The notes under the pieces were generated by a model. The model was not told the origin of the DNA. It was given only the letters and a program-made list of their open reading frames with translations, and did not search any database. A DNA stretch of 64,000 nucleotides, from positions 124,001-188,000 of the forward strand of contig JANJGN010000838.1 in the NCBI GenBank assembly GCA_026770705.1, given 5' to 3'. Position numbers and translations under genes: made by a program. Shown here in pieces: positions 1 through 14,232 of this stretch. This DNA is from Isurus oxyrinchus. Lineage: Eukaryota. Numbering within the stretch: position 1 is the first letter of the stretch; the number at the start of each line of letters is the position of its first letter.

Positions 1-1169
1 TGGCACAATCCCAGTCAGGGGAAGCATTTGCAGCCGGTCAATGGGGAACAGGTAATATAGAGGGTAGGGGTGGGGGTGGGAATCGAGGGGGGCCGGTGGT
101 CTCTGTAAGTCACAGTACAATGGGCCTCTAGTTGGAGAGAGGTCAGGTCTACATGGGGCATTGGGATGTCAACATCAGACAGTCTAGGGAGGAGGACTGG
201 GATGTCAACCCCGAACACAATAAGATCAAGGATTAGAGAGGAAGGGAGGAGACTGATTGGAAGGAGGGGAATGTGCACATTATGCTCCTCCAGCACGATG
301 GGAGGGACTGTGATGGTTACGGGGGTGGGGGGGGTGAAGTGGGAGGGGATAGACGCTTACCTGGTGGTATTGCCTCAGCCTCACCCTTTTTCAAGCTGAT
401 CCAATGTCGCAGTTGAAGAATAAGCTACAAAACAAATTGGCAGGGGAGGTCTCCCAGGGCCTGTGGGAGACATCACCCACTGCATCTTTGGCCTGTTTGA
501 AGGGGCACCCGAACAATTCCGGCTTTTCCAAATGATGAGGAAGACACAGCTGCACCCCGAGTCCCCTACTGGGGATCCAGAAGGTTGCAATAGCGCTGCG
601 AGGGACTCATGGGCTCCACAGTGACTCCCTAATTAGCGACTGGAAGGTTTATGTTCATTTATCTTTATTATCCGTTCATATTGAGCAATGGAGCTCCTGA
701 TCTGACACCTTTCTGTACCTCGTCCAATGCTTCTGTTATCAGGACTTCCACATCGATGTGAAAGAGCCATGATGATAGCAGACAGTCGCACAATGGGAAT
801 GGCACTAGGCCAGTGATCCAGAGGCCCAGGTGAATGCTTTGGAGGTACGGGTTCAAATCCCACCACGGCAGCTGGAGGAATTTAGATTCGATTAATCAAT
901 AAATTTAATTGATTGATACATTTTTTTCTTATTCATTTCAGGGATGTTGGTGTCGCTGACTAGGCCAGTATTTGTTGCCCATCCCCATTTGCCTTTGAGA
1001 ACATATGGATATCTGAGTTAGGATCAGGAGTAGGTCACTCAGTCCCTCGAACCTGCTCCGCCATTCAGTAAGATCATGGCTGATCTGATTGTCACCTCAA
1101 CCTCACATTCCTGCCTACCCCCAATGACCTTTCACCCCATTGTTAATCAAGAATCTATCTAGCTCTGTG

Positions 1170-1480
1170 GAAGGGGAGCCAATCAATCGGGCTGCTTTGT
1201 CCTGGATGGTGTCAAGCTTCTTGAGTGTTGTTGGAGCTGCACTCATCCAGGCATGTGGAGAGTATTCCATCACACTCCTGACTTGTGCGTTGTAGATGGT
1301 GGACAGGATTTGGGGAGTCAGGAGGTGAGTTACTGTCTGCAGGGTTCCCAGCCTCTGACCTGCTCTTGCAGCCACAGTGTTTATATGGCTGGTCCAGTTC
1401 AGTTTCTGCTCAATGGTAACTCCCAGGATGTTGATATTGGGGGATTCAGTGATGGTAATGCCATTGAATGCCAAGGGGCG
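1170..1480 (-). mobile_element. CR1-clade LINE RT 3' fragment
   Basis: ..KLNWTSHINTVAARAGQRLG..YNAQVRSVMEYSPHAW..KKLDTIQDKAARLI. Confidence 0.85.
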
Positions 1481-2059
1481 ATGGTTATGAATGGTCTGTG
1501 GGATATTCTGGTACAAAATGTCAACACTCGGACTCCAGATGCAATATTCAAGTGGTTCCTTTATTAGGCATGTGGGGAGCAAACGCTGAGCAGTCCAGGC
1601 GCTTCTCCACCGAGGTTCAAATGAGCACAGTTTATATATTTTTTACTCTCAGTTACAAGGTAATGGTATTAGTTAGACAAAGGCCACAGCACAATGACCC
1701 TCCGGTGGGCTGATAATTGTGTTCTTGTACAGTAATTACAGGGCAGAGACTGGCTATTGTCCTTTTGAGACAGCAAAGAATCTATGTTTGTTCGATACAA
1801 AAGGTTTCCGGAGGCTGACTGGATGTGGTTCAAGGCCATCGGACGGTGTGAAATAACCTTCCCCAATTCTTGATTGAGTCACCCTGTGTCCTTGTGTGTG
1901 TGTCTCCCATTTCCTCATTGCAAATTTCCAGCTGAGCCCTTTGTACAGGTTTTTAGCTTTCACGTAAGGATGTGATTGTCTGTGTACGCTTTGTCACCCT
2001 AGCTGCTGGTCCTGGCTGGCTCTTTAAAATAAATCCAAATTTTCTGCGCCTTCAGTTAG

Positions 2060-3130
2060 ATTCTCTCTTGTTGGAGCTGGTCATTGCCTGGCACTTGTGT
2101 GGCATGAATGTTACTTGTCACCTGTCAGCCCAAGCCTGGATGTTGTCCAGGTCTTGCTGCATTTGGACATAACTTGCTTCAGTATCTGAGGAGCCATGAA
2201 TGATGCTGAACATTGTGCAAACATCAGCAAACATCCCCACTTCTGACCTTATGATGGAAGGAAGGTCATTGATGAAGCAGTTGAAGATGTTTGAGCCTAG
2301 GACACTACCCTGAGTAACTCCTGCAGTGATGTCCTGGAACTGAGATGATTGACCCCCAATAATCACAACCATCGTCCTTTGTGCTGGGTATGACTCCAAG
2401 CAGCGGAGAGTTTTCCCCCGATTCCCATTGACTCCAGTTTTGCTCGGGCTCCTTGTTTTGCCACACTCAGTCAAATGCTGCCTTGATGTCAAGGGCAGTC
2501 ACTCTCACCTCACCTCTGGAGTTCAGCTCATTTGTGCATGTTTGAACCAAGGCTGTAATGAGGCCAGGAGCTGAATGATCCTGGTGGAACACAAACTGAG
2601 CGTCAGTGAGCAGGTTCTTGGTAAGCAGGTGCTGCTTGCAAGCGCTGTTGATGACCCCTTCCATCACTTTAGTAATGATCAAGAATAGACTGCTGGGGAA
2701 TTGGCTGGGTTGGATTTGTCCTGCTTTTTGTGTACAGGACGTACCCCATAGCCGGGTAGTTGCCAGTGTTGCAGCTGTACTTGAAAATTCCAGAAAAGCT
2801 TGGCTAGGGGCGCAGCAAGTTCTGGAGCACAAGTCTTCAGTACTATTGCCGGAATAATGTCAGGGTCTGGAGCATTTGCAATATGCAGTGCCTTCAGCCC
2901 TTCCTTGATATCACGTGGAATTAATCGAATTGGCTAAAGATTGGCATCTCTGATGCTGGGGACCTCCGGAGGAGGCCGAGATGGATCAGCCACTCAGCAC
3001 TTCTGGCTGAAGATTGTTGCGCATGCTTCAGTCTTGTCTTTTGCACCGATGTGCTGGGCTCCTCCATCATTGAGGATGGGGATATTTGTGGAGCCTCCTC
3101 CTCCAGTGAGTTGTTTAATTGTCCACGACT
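2060..3130 (-). mobile_element. CR1-clade LINE RT fragment (degenerate)
   Basis: LDIKAAFD, GVTQGSVLG, MFADV motifs across frameshifted ORFs. Confidence 0.88.
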
Positions 3131-4979
3131 GGATGTGACATCTGGAATGCGAAGCTAGTCTCAGTAATGGTGACCATGAAACTAAGGCCAATTGTTACAA
3201 AAACCCATCTGGGTCACTAATGCCCTTTGGGGAAGGAAACCTGCCGTCCTTACCCATTCTGGCCTACGTGTGACTCCTGACCCACAGCAATGTGGTTGAC
3301 TCTTAACTGGCCCCTGAAATGGCCGAGCAAGCTACTGAGTTATATCAAAACCCGCCACAGACCAGTCAAACCAGGTGAACTGCAGCACTTCGAAAAGGCA
3401 GCTCAGCACCCCCTTCTCAAGGGGTCAGTCAGGAACAGGTAACAAACGCTGTCCACATCCCGTGAAAGAATTTTGGTAAAAAGGTAGCCGTGTATCACCA
3501 CCCACGGCCAGCGCCAACCCCCCCACCCCTACCTGATTGCACCAGTTTCAGATTATACCAGGTCAATGAACGGATAGAAACCCAAACCAATGAGATGAGC
3601 ACAGAGCAGGATCAAGCCAGAGAGAGTTGGTGGGAAGAATTGGGAAAGCAACAAAAAAGGCAGAGCGGACACTAACACTATAACAAAGTAAAGACCAGAG
3701 GAGGAAGGAAGCAAGTGTGAAGAGGAATTGAGAGCAGAGCTGGTAGGCTGCTTGTCGAAGCCAAGGAACCTCCATAGGGCACATCCACAGTGCTGTTGGG
3801 GAGGGAGTTACATGATTTTGACCCAGGATCATCAAGTGTTGCACTGGCAGAGCCTTTAACTAAAGGAACCTTTACTACCCGTGCACCCCCCCGCCCTGCA
3901 AAGCTGTTGACCTGCTGAGTCCACCTGTACAGGCAACCTCCAGACAGTTGGCTACAGAGGCCATTGCAGCTGCTGAATATGACTTCCAGTTTCAAACCCT
4001 TCATGAATGCAAGGATGGAGAATTCAGCAGGAATATTCCTGCACATCCTGTGGCAGATCCTGTAAATAAAAGGGACCTTCACTCACTCCCCAAAGCTGCT
4101 GACCTGCTGATTCACATCTACAGGCAACCTCCAAATAGTCAACTAGAGAAGACAACGCAGCTGCTGAATGTGACTCCTAGTTTTAAACCCTTCACTCTGG
4201 AAAGAAGGAATCCAGTGCAATGGCCTCAGTATGATTCTTCACAGAAACTGATTTTAAATCTCATGTCTAAGTATTATTTTTCCTTTGCTTACATTTTAAT
4301 CCCTGCACCTGATGGCTTTATCGCTTCAACTTAAATAACTTTCAGCAGGAGCCAGGTTCAAATTGAATGGACAAGCTGGCTTGGGAGGCCAAAAGGCCTA
4401 CTCCTGCTTCTGTTTATTTATGTTGGTGTTGTTATGTAGTGGAACTAGAGAGGTTATAGCAGTTATGAGAACATTAAGCAAACAGCAGCAAGAATTGAAC
4501 ACCTACGTTGTGGTTTATGAAAAGGTTTTCAACCTGGTCAACTGGTAAAATCTGTTGAAAGTGGGCTATCATGGCATGTGCCCTTTGTGAGATATTTGTA
4601 ACAACGTTCTCGATGTCGGAACAGCTTGCATTGAACAAAGCTGATCTTTACCCAGAACTTCAGAGGAAGGGGGGACAATTGTTCCCTGGTGTGGGGGGCA
4701 TGGTGGGGGGGGAGGGTGAGGGAGAGACAAGTAGCCTGAAATACCAAGCCAGACACTTTGTGAAGACACAAGTTGTTTATTCATTTTTTTTCACAAATCA
4801 TAATCTTTACAATTAAAGTCCCGACAAGATGATGGTGAATCATGAACACATTGTCGGGGTCAATCTGTGCCCGGGAGCATAAAGCAGCAAAATCAGGAAC
4901 CCGCTTTACATCTCTCTGAATTTTAACTATCATTAACCCCAGTAACATCCATTCAAATGACTTAGTCATAAGATTCCTC

Positions 4980-5833
4980 ACACATTCACTTGCACACTCA
5001 CACACCCACACCCACACAGACACACTGACACACTCACTCATTCACATTGACACACACTGACACAGTCACACACACCCACACAGACACACTGACACACTCA
5101 CTCATTCACATTGACACACACTGACACAGTCACACACACCCACACAGACACACTGACACACTCACTCATTCACATTGACACACACTGACACAGTCACACA
5201 CACACACACACACACACGCTGACACACTCACTCATTCACATTGACACACACTGACACAGTCACACACACCCACACAGACACACTGACACACTCACTCATT
5301 CACTTTGACACACACTGACACAGTCACACACACCCACACAGACACACTGACACACTCACTCATTCACATTGACACACACTGACAGTCACACACACCCACA
5401 CAGACACACTGACACACTCACTCATTCACATTGACACACACTGACACAGTCACACACACCCACACAGACACACTGACACACTCACTCATTCACATTGACA
5501 CACACTGACACAGTCACACACACACACACACACACACGCTGACACACTCACTCATTCACATTGACACACACTGACACAGTCACACACACCCACACAGACA
5601 CACTGACACACTCACTCATTCACTTTGACACACACTGACACAGTCACACACACCCACACAGACACACTGACACACTCACTCATTCACATTGACACACACT
5701 GACAGTCACACACACCCACACAGACACACTGATACACTCACTCATTCACATTGACACACACTGACAGTCACACACACCCACACAGACACACTGACACACT
5801 CACTCATTCACATTGACACACACATATTGACAG

Positions 5834-5860
<27 letters not shown>
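4980..5860 (+). repeat. ~64-bp CA-rich minisatellite
   Basis: Unit cactcactcattcacattgacacacactgacacagtcacacacacccacacagacacactgaca repeated about 13 times. Confidence 0.9.
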
Positions 5861-5864
<4 letters not shown>

Positions 5865-8594
5865 TAAAGACAGACACAACCACAGTCACGTGAGGTGAAT
5901 AGTGTCGATGTATTTAAGGGGAAGCTGGATAAACACACGAGGGAGAAATGAATAGAAGGATATGGTGATGGGGTGAGATGGAGAAGGGGTGGGAGGAGAC
6001 TCGTGTGGAGCAGAAACACCAGCATGGAGCAGATGGGCCGAATGGCTTCTTTCCCTGCTGTAAAACGCAGGTAAAGTTTCAGTTGGAATTAATGAACAGG
6101 GCCTGTGTGAAATAGATTGCTAAGCAGTAGATAAGGAGGGGAGAGGCTGTGGCATGGTGCAGGATGACCTTGCGTGAATGAGGCCAGGGTCTAATATCTA
6201 CAGCAGAGACCACAAGTCTCATTTGGTTCTCTCCAATTACAGCAGTTACAGCAGAATCTGCAGAGCTGCTGTCTGCCCATTCTGTTCTGGCGCTGCAGCA
6301 AGGAGCCCTGGAAAAGCAGGAGGACAATAGGTGAGAACATTCCGGAAAGAAAGAAGGCATCATTTCAATCAGGCGTGTCATTGGAAGGAGGATGGCGCAT
6401 TTCTCTAGCACCTTTCCCCACCTCAGGATGGCCCAAAATGTTCAACAGCTGATGGAAGGACTTTTTCTGAAGTGAGCTCACCGCTGTAATGTAGGAAACG
6501 CAGCAGGCAATTCACGCACAGCAAGATCCCACAAACAGAAATGTGATAATGGCCCCGATTTTCAGTTTTTTACCAATGTCAGTTGAGGGATAAATGTTTG
6601 CCCCAGGAAAGCGGACATAACTCCACCCCATCCACCCCCCACCACCCCCTCCACATATACCCCCAACTCCTGACGCACTTCATTTAAATTGTGGCCATGG
6701 ATTCCTCTATATCCACCTGAGAGGGCAGATTGGTTGCCCCAGTTTAATGTCTCATCTGAAAGACAGCGCCTTCAACAGTGCAGCACCCCCTCAGTACTGA
6801 CCCTCCGACTGTGCAGCACTCCCTCAGTACTGACTCTGACAATGCAGCACATCCTCAGTACTGACCCTCCAACAGTGCAGCACTCCCTCAAGACTGACCC
6901 TCTGACAATGCAACACTCCCTCAGTACTGACCCTCCGACTGTGCATCCCCCCGCCGGTACTGACCCTTCGACAGTGCAACACTCCCTCAAGACTGACCCT
7001 CTGACAATGCAGCACTCCCTCAGTACTAACCCTCTGACAATGCAGCACTCCCTCAGTACTGACCCTCTGACAATGCAGCACACCCTCAATACTGACCCTC
7101 CGATAGCTCGGTCATTCCTCAATTACGCCTGGTGGTCCTTTTAACTCAGAGCTGAGAGTCGCAGAGAATCGAGCAGACACCCTGAACTGACACTTGCAGT
7201 GCAAGTACTGGGAGCGCGCTGGTCATTATCATGCTGCTGTCTGTGGGATCTTACTGTGCGCCAATGGCTGATTCTTTTCCCACATTACATCAGTGACCTC
7301 ACATGAAAGAAAAAAGCACTTGATTGTCTGCGAAACACTTTGGGACGTCCTGATGTGTTGGAAGGCGCTAGAGAAATGCAAGTCCTCTTTGTCTTTCACT
7401 CGATCCTCTAAGGTGTCTGTTGATTAACCAGCCTCTCGGTGTTTGATGTAGGCCTGGTTATAAACAGTTAGAAGGATCAAATATCAAAAATGCTTTGGCT
7501 GACAGTCAAACCGATTGTGCATTCGGAGAGATTAGATATGGTCTGCACACAATAACTCCAGTCTCTGGCACTGACTGCCGCCTGGGGTCTCCCTTCCACA
7601 TAACACTCACAACTTGCATTTACACAGCGCCTCTGACATTGCAAAATGTCCCAGCCCACATTACCGGAGCGTAAATCAGAGAGAAGTCTAACACTGAGTC
7701 ACATATGGAGATATTAGGGATAGGTGACCAAAAGCTTGGTCAAAGATGTCAGTTTTTAAGGAGCGTCTTAAAGGAGAGAGAGAGAGAGAGAGGCAGAGAG
7801 GTTAAGGGAGGGTATTCCGGAGCTCAGGGCCCCAGGCAGCTGAAGGCACGGCCGCCAATGGTGGAGCGTTGGGAATCAGGGGGACCCGGGAGATGCAGTA
7901 ATGTCAGAGATTTTGGAGGAACATCGGGACCGGAGGAGGTGTTCTCCTGCTCCATATCTCTCTCTCTCTTCCTCTCATCCACCCCTCCTCTCCCTGTCTC
8001 TCTCTCTCCTACTCTTCCTCTCAATTGCCCTCTCTCCCAATCTTTCTCACCTCTCTCCCTTTTCCTGTCTCTCTCCCTCTCTCTCCCCTGTCTCCTTCTC
8101 CCACTCTGTATCTCTCCCTCTCTCTCACACTATTTTTGTAACTTTCGCTCACTCTGTAACTCTCCCTTCCCTGTTAATTTCTCTCTCTTGGACAATCTCT
8201 TCTCTTTTCACTTTCCCTCACTCTGCATCTCTTCTTTAATTTCTCCCTCTGTCACTCTCTCCCACCTATGTTCTTTCCCTTTCACCCCTCCCCGTCCCAC
8301 TCTCTGTCTCTCTCTTCCAATCCCTCCCTCCCCCATTCCATCCCTCTCTCCGACTCTCGACTCCCAGCCTCTCTTTAACCCACTCCCAGGCTGGATCAGT
8401 CTCCCTCTCACTATTCCCGGCGTGGGTTACATTTAAAATTCCTGTGGGGATATGTTCACTTCCTTGGAATTGTCTCTTCCCAGCTTTGCAAAAAATTAGG
8501 GGGGGGGCTCGATTTCAAACATGCCTCCTGAGTATAACCGAGACAGACTGCCACTGAAATCAGCTTGAAACCAGAAAACTTTCTGTGGAAAGAG

Positions 8595-9305
8595 TTCAGG
8601 AGGATTGTAGGGGCTGGAGGAGGTTACAGTGATTGTGAGGGTTGTGGGGCCTGGAGGACTTTACAGAGATAGGGAGGGTTGTAGGGTCTGGAGCAGGTTA
8701 CAGAGATAGGGAGGGTTGTAGGGTCTGGAGCAGGTTACAGAGATAGGGAGGGTTGTAGAGACTGTAGGATGTTACAGAGATAGGGATTGTTGTAGGGGCT
8801 GGAGGATGTTACAGAGATAGGGAGGGTTGTAGGGGCTGGAGGAGGTTACAGAGATAGGGAGGGTTGTAGGGGCTGGAGGAGGTTACAGAGATAGGGAGGG
8901 TTGTACGGGCTGGAGGAGGTTACAGAGATAGGGAGGGTTGTAGGGGCTGGAGGAAGTTACAGAGATAGGGAGGGTTGTAGGGGCTGGAGGAGGTTACAGA
9001 GATAGGGAGGGGTGTAGGGGCTGGAGGAGGTTACAGAGATAGGGAGGGTTGTAAGGCCTGGTGGAGGTTACAGAGATAGGGAGGGTTGTCGGGGCTGGAG
9101 GAGTTTACAGAGATAGGGAGGGTTGTACGGGCTGGAGGAGGTTACAGAGATAGGGAGGGGTGTAGGGGCTGGAGGAGTTTACAGAGATAGGGAGGGTTGT
9201 AAGGCCTGGTGGAGGTTACAGAGATAGGGAGGGTTGTAGGGGCTGGAGGAGTTTACAGAGATAGGGAGGGTTGTACGGGCTGGAGGAGGTTACAGAGATA
9301 GGGAG
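8595..9305 (+). repeat. 37-bp G-rich minisatellite, copy A
   Basis: agagatagggagggttgtaggggctggaggaggttac, about 19 units. Confidence 0.95.
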
Positions 9306-10269
9306 TCGCTGAGGAGGGATTGAAAACAAGAATGAGAATTTCAGGGGAAATGACAGAAGGAAATGATGTTAAATTCATAGAGGGCGACAATATTAAAGGC
9401 ACGAACATAATAATATCAAACTGCGGAAGAGACCAGTCTATCTGGGTGGTAGACGTAGAGTCATGTGCAAGAAGCACCTCACCCAGAGGGACATCTCTTA
9501 GCTTAACCTCGACAAGGAGAAGAAGTGACTCAGCTGCAGGGAGAGCAGCAAAGTCAGAGTGAACAAGACAAGTCGCCATTTCATCTGGGAGCTTCCCATC
9601 TCTGCCTGTCTCTTCTGATCTTCTGGCTCTGCTTTGATGCTTTGGTTTGTAACTAGAGGAGCTTCCTGCTCTTATACCTGAAACACTTGAAGGGGACAGC
9701 CGCGGGTGGGTAGCTGTGTGGTATCACACCCATTTCTGGATATTGCAGTGTCGATGTTCCCTGTCCCACTGGCCTGGGACCAGCAGTAAGGTCACTGGGA
9801 CATTGACTGTCTGGCGCCGAGAACTATCAGTCCCTCCGCAACGCCCTTCACCTTGTGCAAATATGTGTTCATATTGATGCAACACAACATAGCAAAAACA
9901 TAGGGGCTGGTTCTTATGTTGGCAAATCAGGTGAAGCGCACGCCCCCTAACCCCTTACTCCTCTCATTGCTCCTCCTTCCTGCCAGACACTTACTATTTT
10001 ACAAATTGTGTGCGTTGCTTTTATTTCGGACAAGGGGCCTCGAGGGGGAACTGATTTACGCTGAGGTTTAGGGGTTAACAGCCATGTCATGTGTTGATCA
10101 GTCAGTGTTTACCATGTGGAGACTGTCTGTCACCAGCTTTGTTAATGGTTTATCCAGGAACATTGAAGGGCATGAACGTTCTTGCTTTGTATGGAACAAG
10201 TTACCAACTGGGTTCAGTCATCGACTCAGACTCACATCAACATAAACTGGCTTCTGACAGGTAGGTTTC

Positions 10270-10860
10270 TATTACATAAGGGTAGGAGGAGGCCATTTGG
10301 CCCCTCGAGCCTGCTCCACCATTCAATGAGATCATGGCTGATCTGCAAACTAGCCCCATATGCCTTTGTCCCATCTCCTTTAATACCTTTGGATAACAAA
10401 AATCTATCAGTCTCACAGGTTTAAAATGAACAACTTGATCGTGCATCAGTTCCTGTTTGGGGAAGAGAGTTCCAAATTTCTCCCACCCTTTGTACTTCCT
10501 AATTTAATTCCTTTTTAGGCTCTGACCCCGAGTCCCAGACTCCCCCCAACCAGGGGAAATGGTTTCTCTTTATCGCCCCCAATCTGTTCCGCTTAATATC
10601 ATGCGAGCTTTCATCAAATCTCCTGCTTAACATTCTAACTTCCAGGGAATACAAGCCGAGTTTGTGTTTAATCTCTCCTTGTGATTTAACCCTTGGAGTC
10701 CCGGTCTCATTCTGGTAAACTGACACTGCTCTCCCTCCGAGGTCAATATATCCTTCCTAAGGTGTGGGGCCCAGAATGTCTCACAGTGACTCCAGGTGTG
10801 GTCTAGCCAGGGCTTTATGTAGACTGAAGCATGACCTCTGCCCCCTTATATTCTAATCCG
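10270..10860 (-). mobile_element. CR1 LINE 3' fragment (paralog ~55545-56130)
   Basis: KLGLYSLEVR.. peptide and typical CR1 3' tail gagggggccaaatggcctcctcct. Confidence 0.65.
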
Positions 10861-12454
10861 TGAGATAGAAAGGGCAGAGTTCCAGAATTGTTGTGTTTAT
10901 TCGACAACAGAATAACAGAGGAAGGTTTCCTCTCTGCCCTCTTCAGCCCCACTGGGAAGGTCAGGATGAGAAGGTTGGGCTGGGTCCCCTGTACTGGACA
11001 CTCGCTGAATCTTCCAATGATAGTTCTGGGCTGGATTTCAAAACGCATAGACAAGGATTCAGTGTTCCATCACATTCTGCCTTTGTCTCTTTTCCTCTCG
11101 TTCTCTTTCTCTACCATCCTCTCTCTCTATCTATCTATCTTTCTCCTCATTCTCTCCTGCTTCATCTCTATCACTTTCTTTCTACTTCTTTGTGTGTCTC
11201 TGTCTGTCTCTCTCTCTCACTCTTTCTTTCCTTGTCCTTATCTCTTTCAGTGTCTCCCTCTTTCTCTCTCTCTCTCTCTCTCTAAATGTGCCCCTCTCTA
11301 ACAGTTTGGCCCAGTACTCTTATTTCCCTGTTTTACTGGTGTTCCATTTGAAGGTATACAAGACCAGATCAGACCAGAATGTTTATTTTCCAGTGTTTAC
11401 TGTGTTTTTTTCATTCTGGGTGTCTCTCGACTCTGTCTGTCCCTCTCTGTCCTTTTATTTCATTCTTTCATGTGATGTGGACATCACTGCCTAGGCCAGC
11501 ATTTATTGCTCAACCCTAATTGCCCTTGTTCAGAGGCCACTTTTTAAAAGTGAACCACATTGCTGTGGGTCTGGTGTCACATGTAGGCCAGACCAGGTAA
11601 GGACAGCAGATTTCCCTCCCTAAAGGGCATTTGTGACCCAAATACAAGAATCGGCAATGGTTTCCTGGTCATCATCGGACTTTTAATTCCAGGTTTTTAT
11701 TGAGTTCAAATTCCACCAACTGCTGTGGTGGGATTCTAACCAGGGTCCCAGGAGCATTACACTGGGTCTCTGGATTACTGGTCCAGTGAAAATACCATCA
11801 GGCCAACACCTCCCCACTCTTCCCTTCCACCATCTTTCACACTTGTTCTGTCTCTCTCTCACTCTCCTTCTCTCTTCTCCCTCTCTCAGTCTCTGTCTGT
11901 CTCTCAATCTCTCTATCGCTCTCTATCTCCTGGAGGCTCTCTCTCTGACTGTTTCCCTCCCTATATCTGTAACCTCCTCTCTCTGTCCCTTTCCTCCAGC
12001 CCCTACAACCCTCCCTAAGGCAGCCTCCACCTGCCTCTACAATCCTCCCCATCTCTGTAACCACCTTCAACCCCTACACCCCTACCTATATCTGTAACCA
12101 CCTCCAACCCCCACAACCCTCCCCATCTCTGTAACCACCTTCAACCCCCACAACCCTCCCTATACCTGTAACCTCCTCCAGCCCCTGTAACCCTCCCTAT
12201 CTCTTGAAGGGTTCTCAAAATTCCCACATTTTCCATATCATCAACAAGGATATCACTTTTGCACCTTTAAACTGCTGAGTTAAGTGGAAAACCCTGCAGA
12301 CAGGAGGCTGGGCCCATGAAGGCCCAAAACCAGTTGTCTGCTGCACTTTGTGACAAGCCCCGAATAAGTCCAAGGTCTAGAACCCAGGGAGTGGGAGCGA
12401 TTCAGACGGCTCAGAAGTCGCAGGTGAAGCTGACACACACCACCACACCCTACA

Positions 12455-12865
12455 AGGGGCTGAATGGCCTCCTCCTGTTCCTGTGTAACGGGCATCAGTG
12501 GCTGAATGGGCCTCGTCCTTTTTCTGTGTAACAGGCTCAATAGGGCTGAATGGGCCTCCTCCTGTTCTTGTGTAACAGGCTCGAGGGGGCTGAATGGGCC
12601 TCCTCCAGTTCCTGTGTAACAGGCTCGAGGAGCTAAATGAGCCTCCTTCCGTTCCTGTGTAACAGACATCAGTGGCTGAATGGGCTTGCTCCTGTTCCTG
12701 TGTAACAGTCTTGAGGGGGCTGAATGGCCTCTTCCTGTATCTGTGTAACAGGCTCAATGGGCTGAATGGCCCCCTTCTGTTCCTGTGTAACAGTCTCGAG
12801 GGGGCTGAATGGGCCTCTTCCTGTTCCTGTGTAACAGGCTCGACGGGCTGAATGTCCTCCTTCTG
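12455..12865 (+). repeat. ~43-bp tandem repeat resembling CR1 3' tail (paralog 57725-58095)
   Basis: gggctgaatgggcctcctcctgttcctgtgtaacaggctcgag, about 9 units. Confidence 0.85.
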
Positions 12866-13099
12866 CTCTGTAAAATTGTTGTGATACTGTAACTGCCTCT
12901 TTGGTTTCATTCAGCTGAATCTTCAGCTCTTCAGTCTCTTCCTTGTATCTCTTGCCTTCCTCCTGGAACATTGGACATGGTTGGGTCTTCCCTGCCAACT
13001 GTTTCTTCAGTTTGCTCAGAGCGGCACAGAATTCGCTTTCTTTCTCTTCAGGATTTTCCAGTGGAACCAACTCTGACCTGAGGGACACTTGCAGCCTGT

Positions 13100-14232
13100 G
13101 AGGATGCTTCAATTCTTCAAACTCATTCCGAGATACACTCTCATATTCCCCCAGCAACTCAGCAACTCCTCCAGTGAAACATTTCAGAGCAGCTGAGCTT
13201 GGTTTTCTGGAACCAGTCTCGGCCCAGAAGACTAGGGCCCTCACCTGTCGCTATGATCACTGGAAGCTGGGCTGTCTGCTGCCTGTAGGACACAGGTACT
13301 GGGATGAGGTCCTTTCCCTGTATGGATTCTCCAGTGTGTGTCTTCAGCTGATCCATTGTTTGCTCTAAATTCAGCGTCTGGGTTCCTTCATTTAGCTGTT
13401 TAAATGTGGGCTCTTCCACCACTGTGTCTGAGGCTCCCGTATCTGCCCCATTACTAGTGGCTGGCCATTCACTTGGGTTGTGATGGTTATAGGTTCAGTT
13501 TTTACCACTGTGACATTGGACAGGGAATAGACATCGGTATCAGCAGCTTCAGGCTCTGTGATATTATTCACTTCCATCATGTTGGTGCACTGCCTGATGG
13601 GCTGTCTCGATTTCACCCTGCATTGCTTTATTACCCACCCCTTTCTTGTGGCAGTGATGGCATTCTGCCCCCTTGAACCTGCAGGTGTCCGGTACGTGCT
13701 CACCCCCCCCACATCGAGAACAGGCCAACTTCGGAGTTGCTGCTGAAATACTCCCACGAAGCCTTTTAGTTTCTGGAGCGGCAGAGACTGTCTCTCGCTT
13801 GGCGACTGTCTCTCTCTCTCTCTCTCTCTCCAGTTTGAGCCTCACGCCCGGTGGTTGGTTCCTGTCCCAGCTGAGGACTGGTGCCATGTTGTACATCCTG
13901 TAAATCCCGCCAGTCTCTCCCAGCACTTTCCATGCCTGGCGCTATTTCCATGGTGCGCTTCAAATCGATGTCGGCTTCTGCGAGTAAACGGCTCTGAATG
14001 GCGTTGGGGTGAACAACACAAACCAATCGGCCCCGCAACATGTCATTGAGTGTGTCTCCGAGGTCCCAGTGCTCAGTCACCTGCTTCCACTTCACTGTAT
14101 AGGTTGCGATGGACTCTCCCGGGGCCCTTACTCTGGAGTTAAACTTAAACCTTTTCATTATTACCCACGGCTTCAGCTGAAAATACATCTTCATGAGGTC
14201 GACTAATTGGTGAAAAGATTTAGAATTGGGTG
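13100..14232 (-). mobile_element. Degenerate Ty3/gypsy LTR-retrotransposon gag-protease fragment, copy A
   Basis: Frameshifted ORFs give PNSKSF..KRFKFNSRVRAPGESIATY..LNDMLRGRLVC..IQSRLLAE (gag), zinc-knuckle-like CSRCGGGEH..C / CHHCHKKG, and protease region ..VNGQPLVM..GEGPSLLGRDW. Confidence 0.82.

Noticed and set aside
361-460. Minus-strand exon-like segment with cag and GTAAGC boundaries
   Set aside because: Stop codons in all three frames and no recognisable homology.
7705-8436. 243-aa ORF and similar Ser/Leu-rich ORFs (10888, 51146, 56160, 60876)
   Set aside because: Low-complexity CT-rich DNA. The paralogous copy is frameshifted or the ORF is pure satellite.
8595-9305. Regular repeats as CRISPR array or Ig switch region
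   Set aside because: Head-to-tail units with no unique spacers in a eukaryotic context, no AGCT-rich motif, and explained by LINE-derived amplification.
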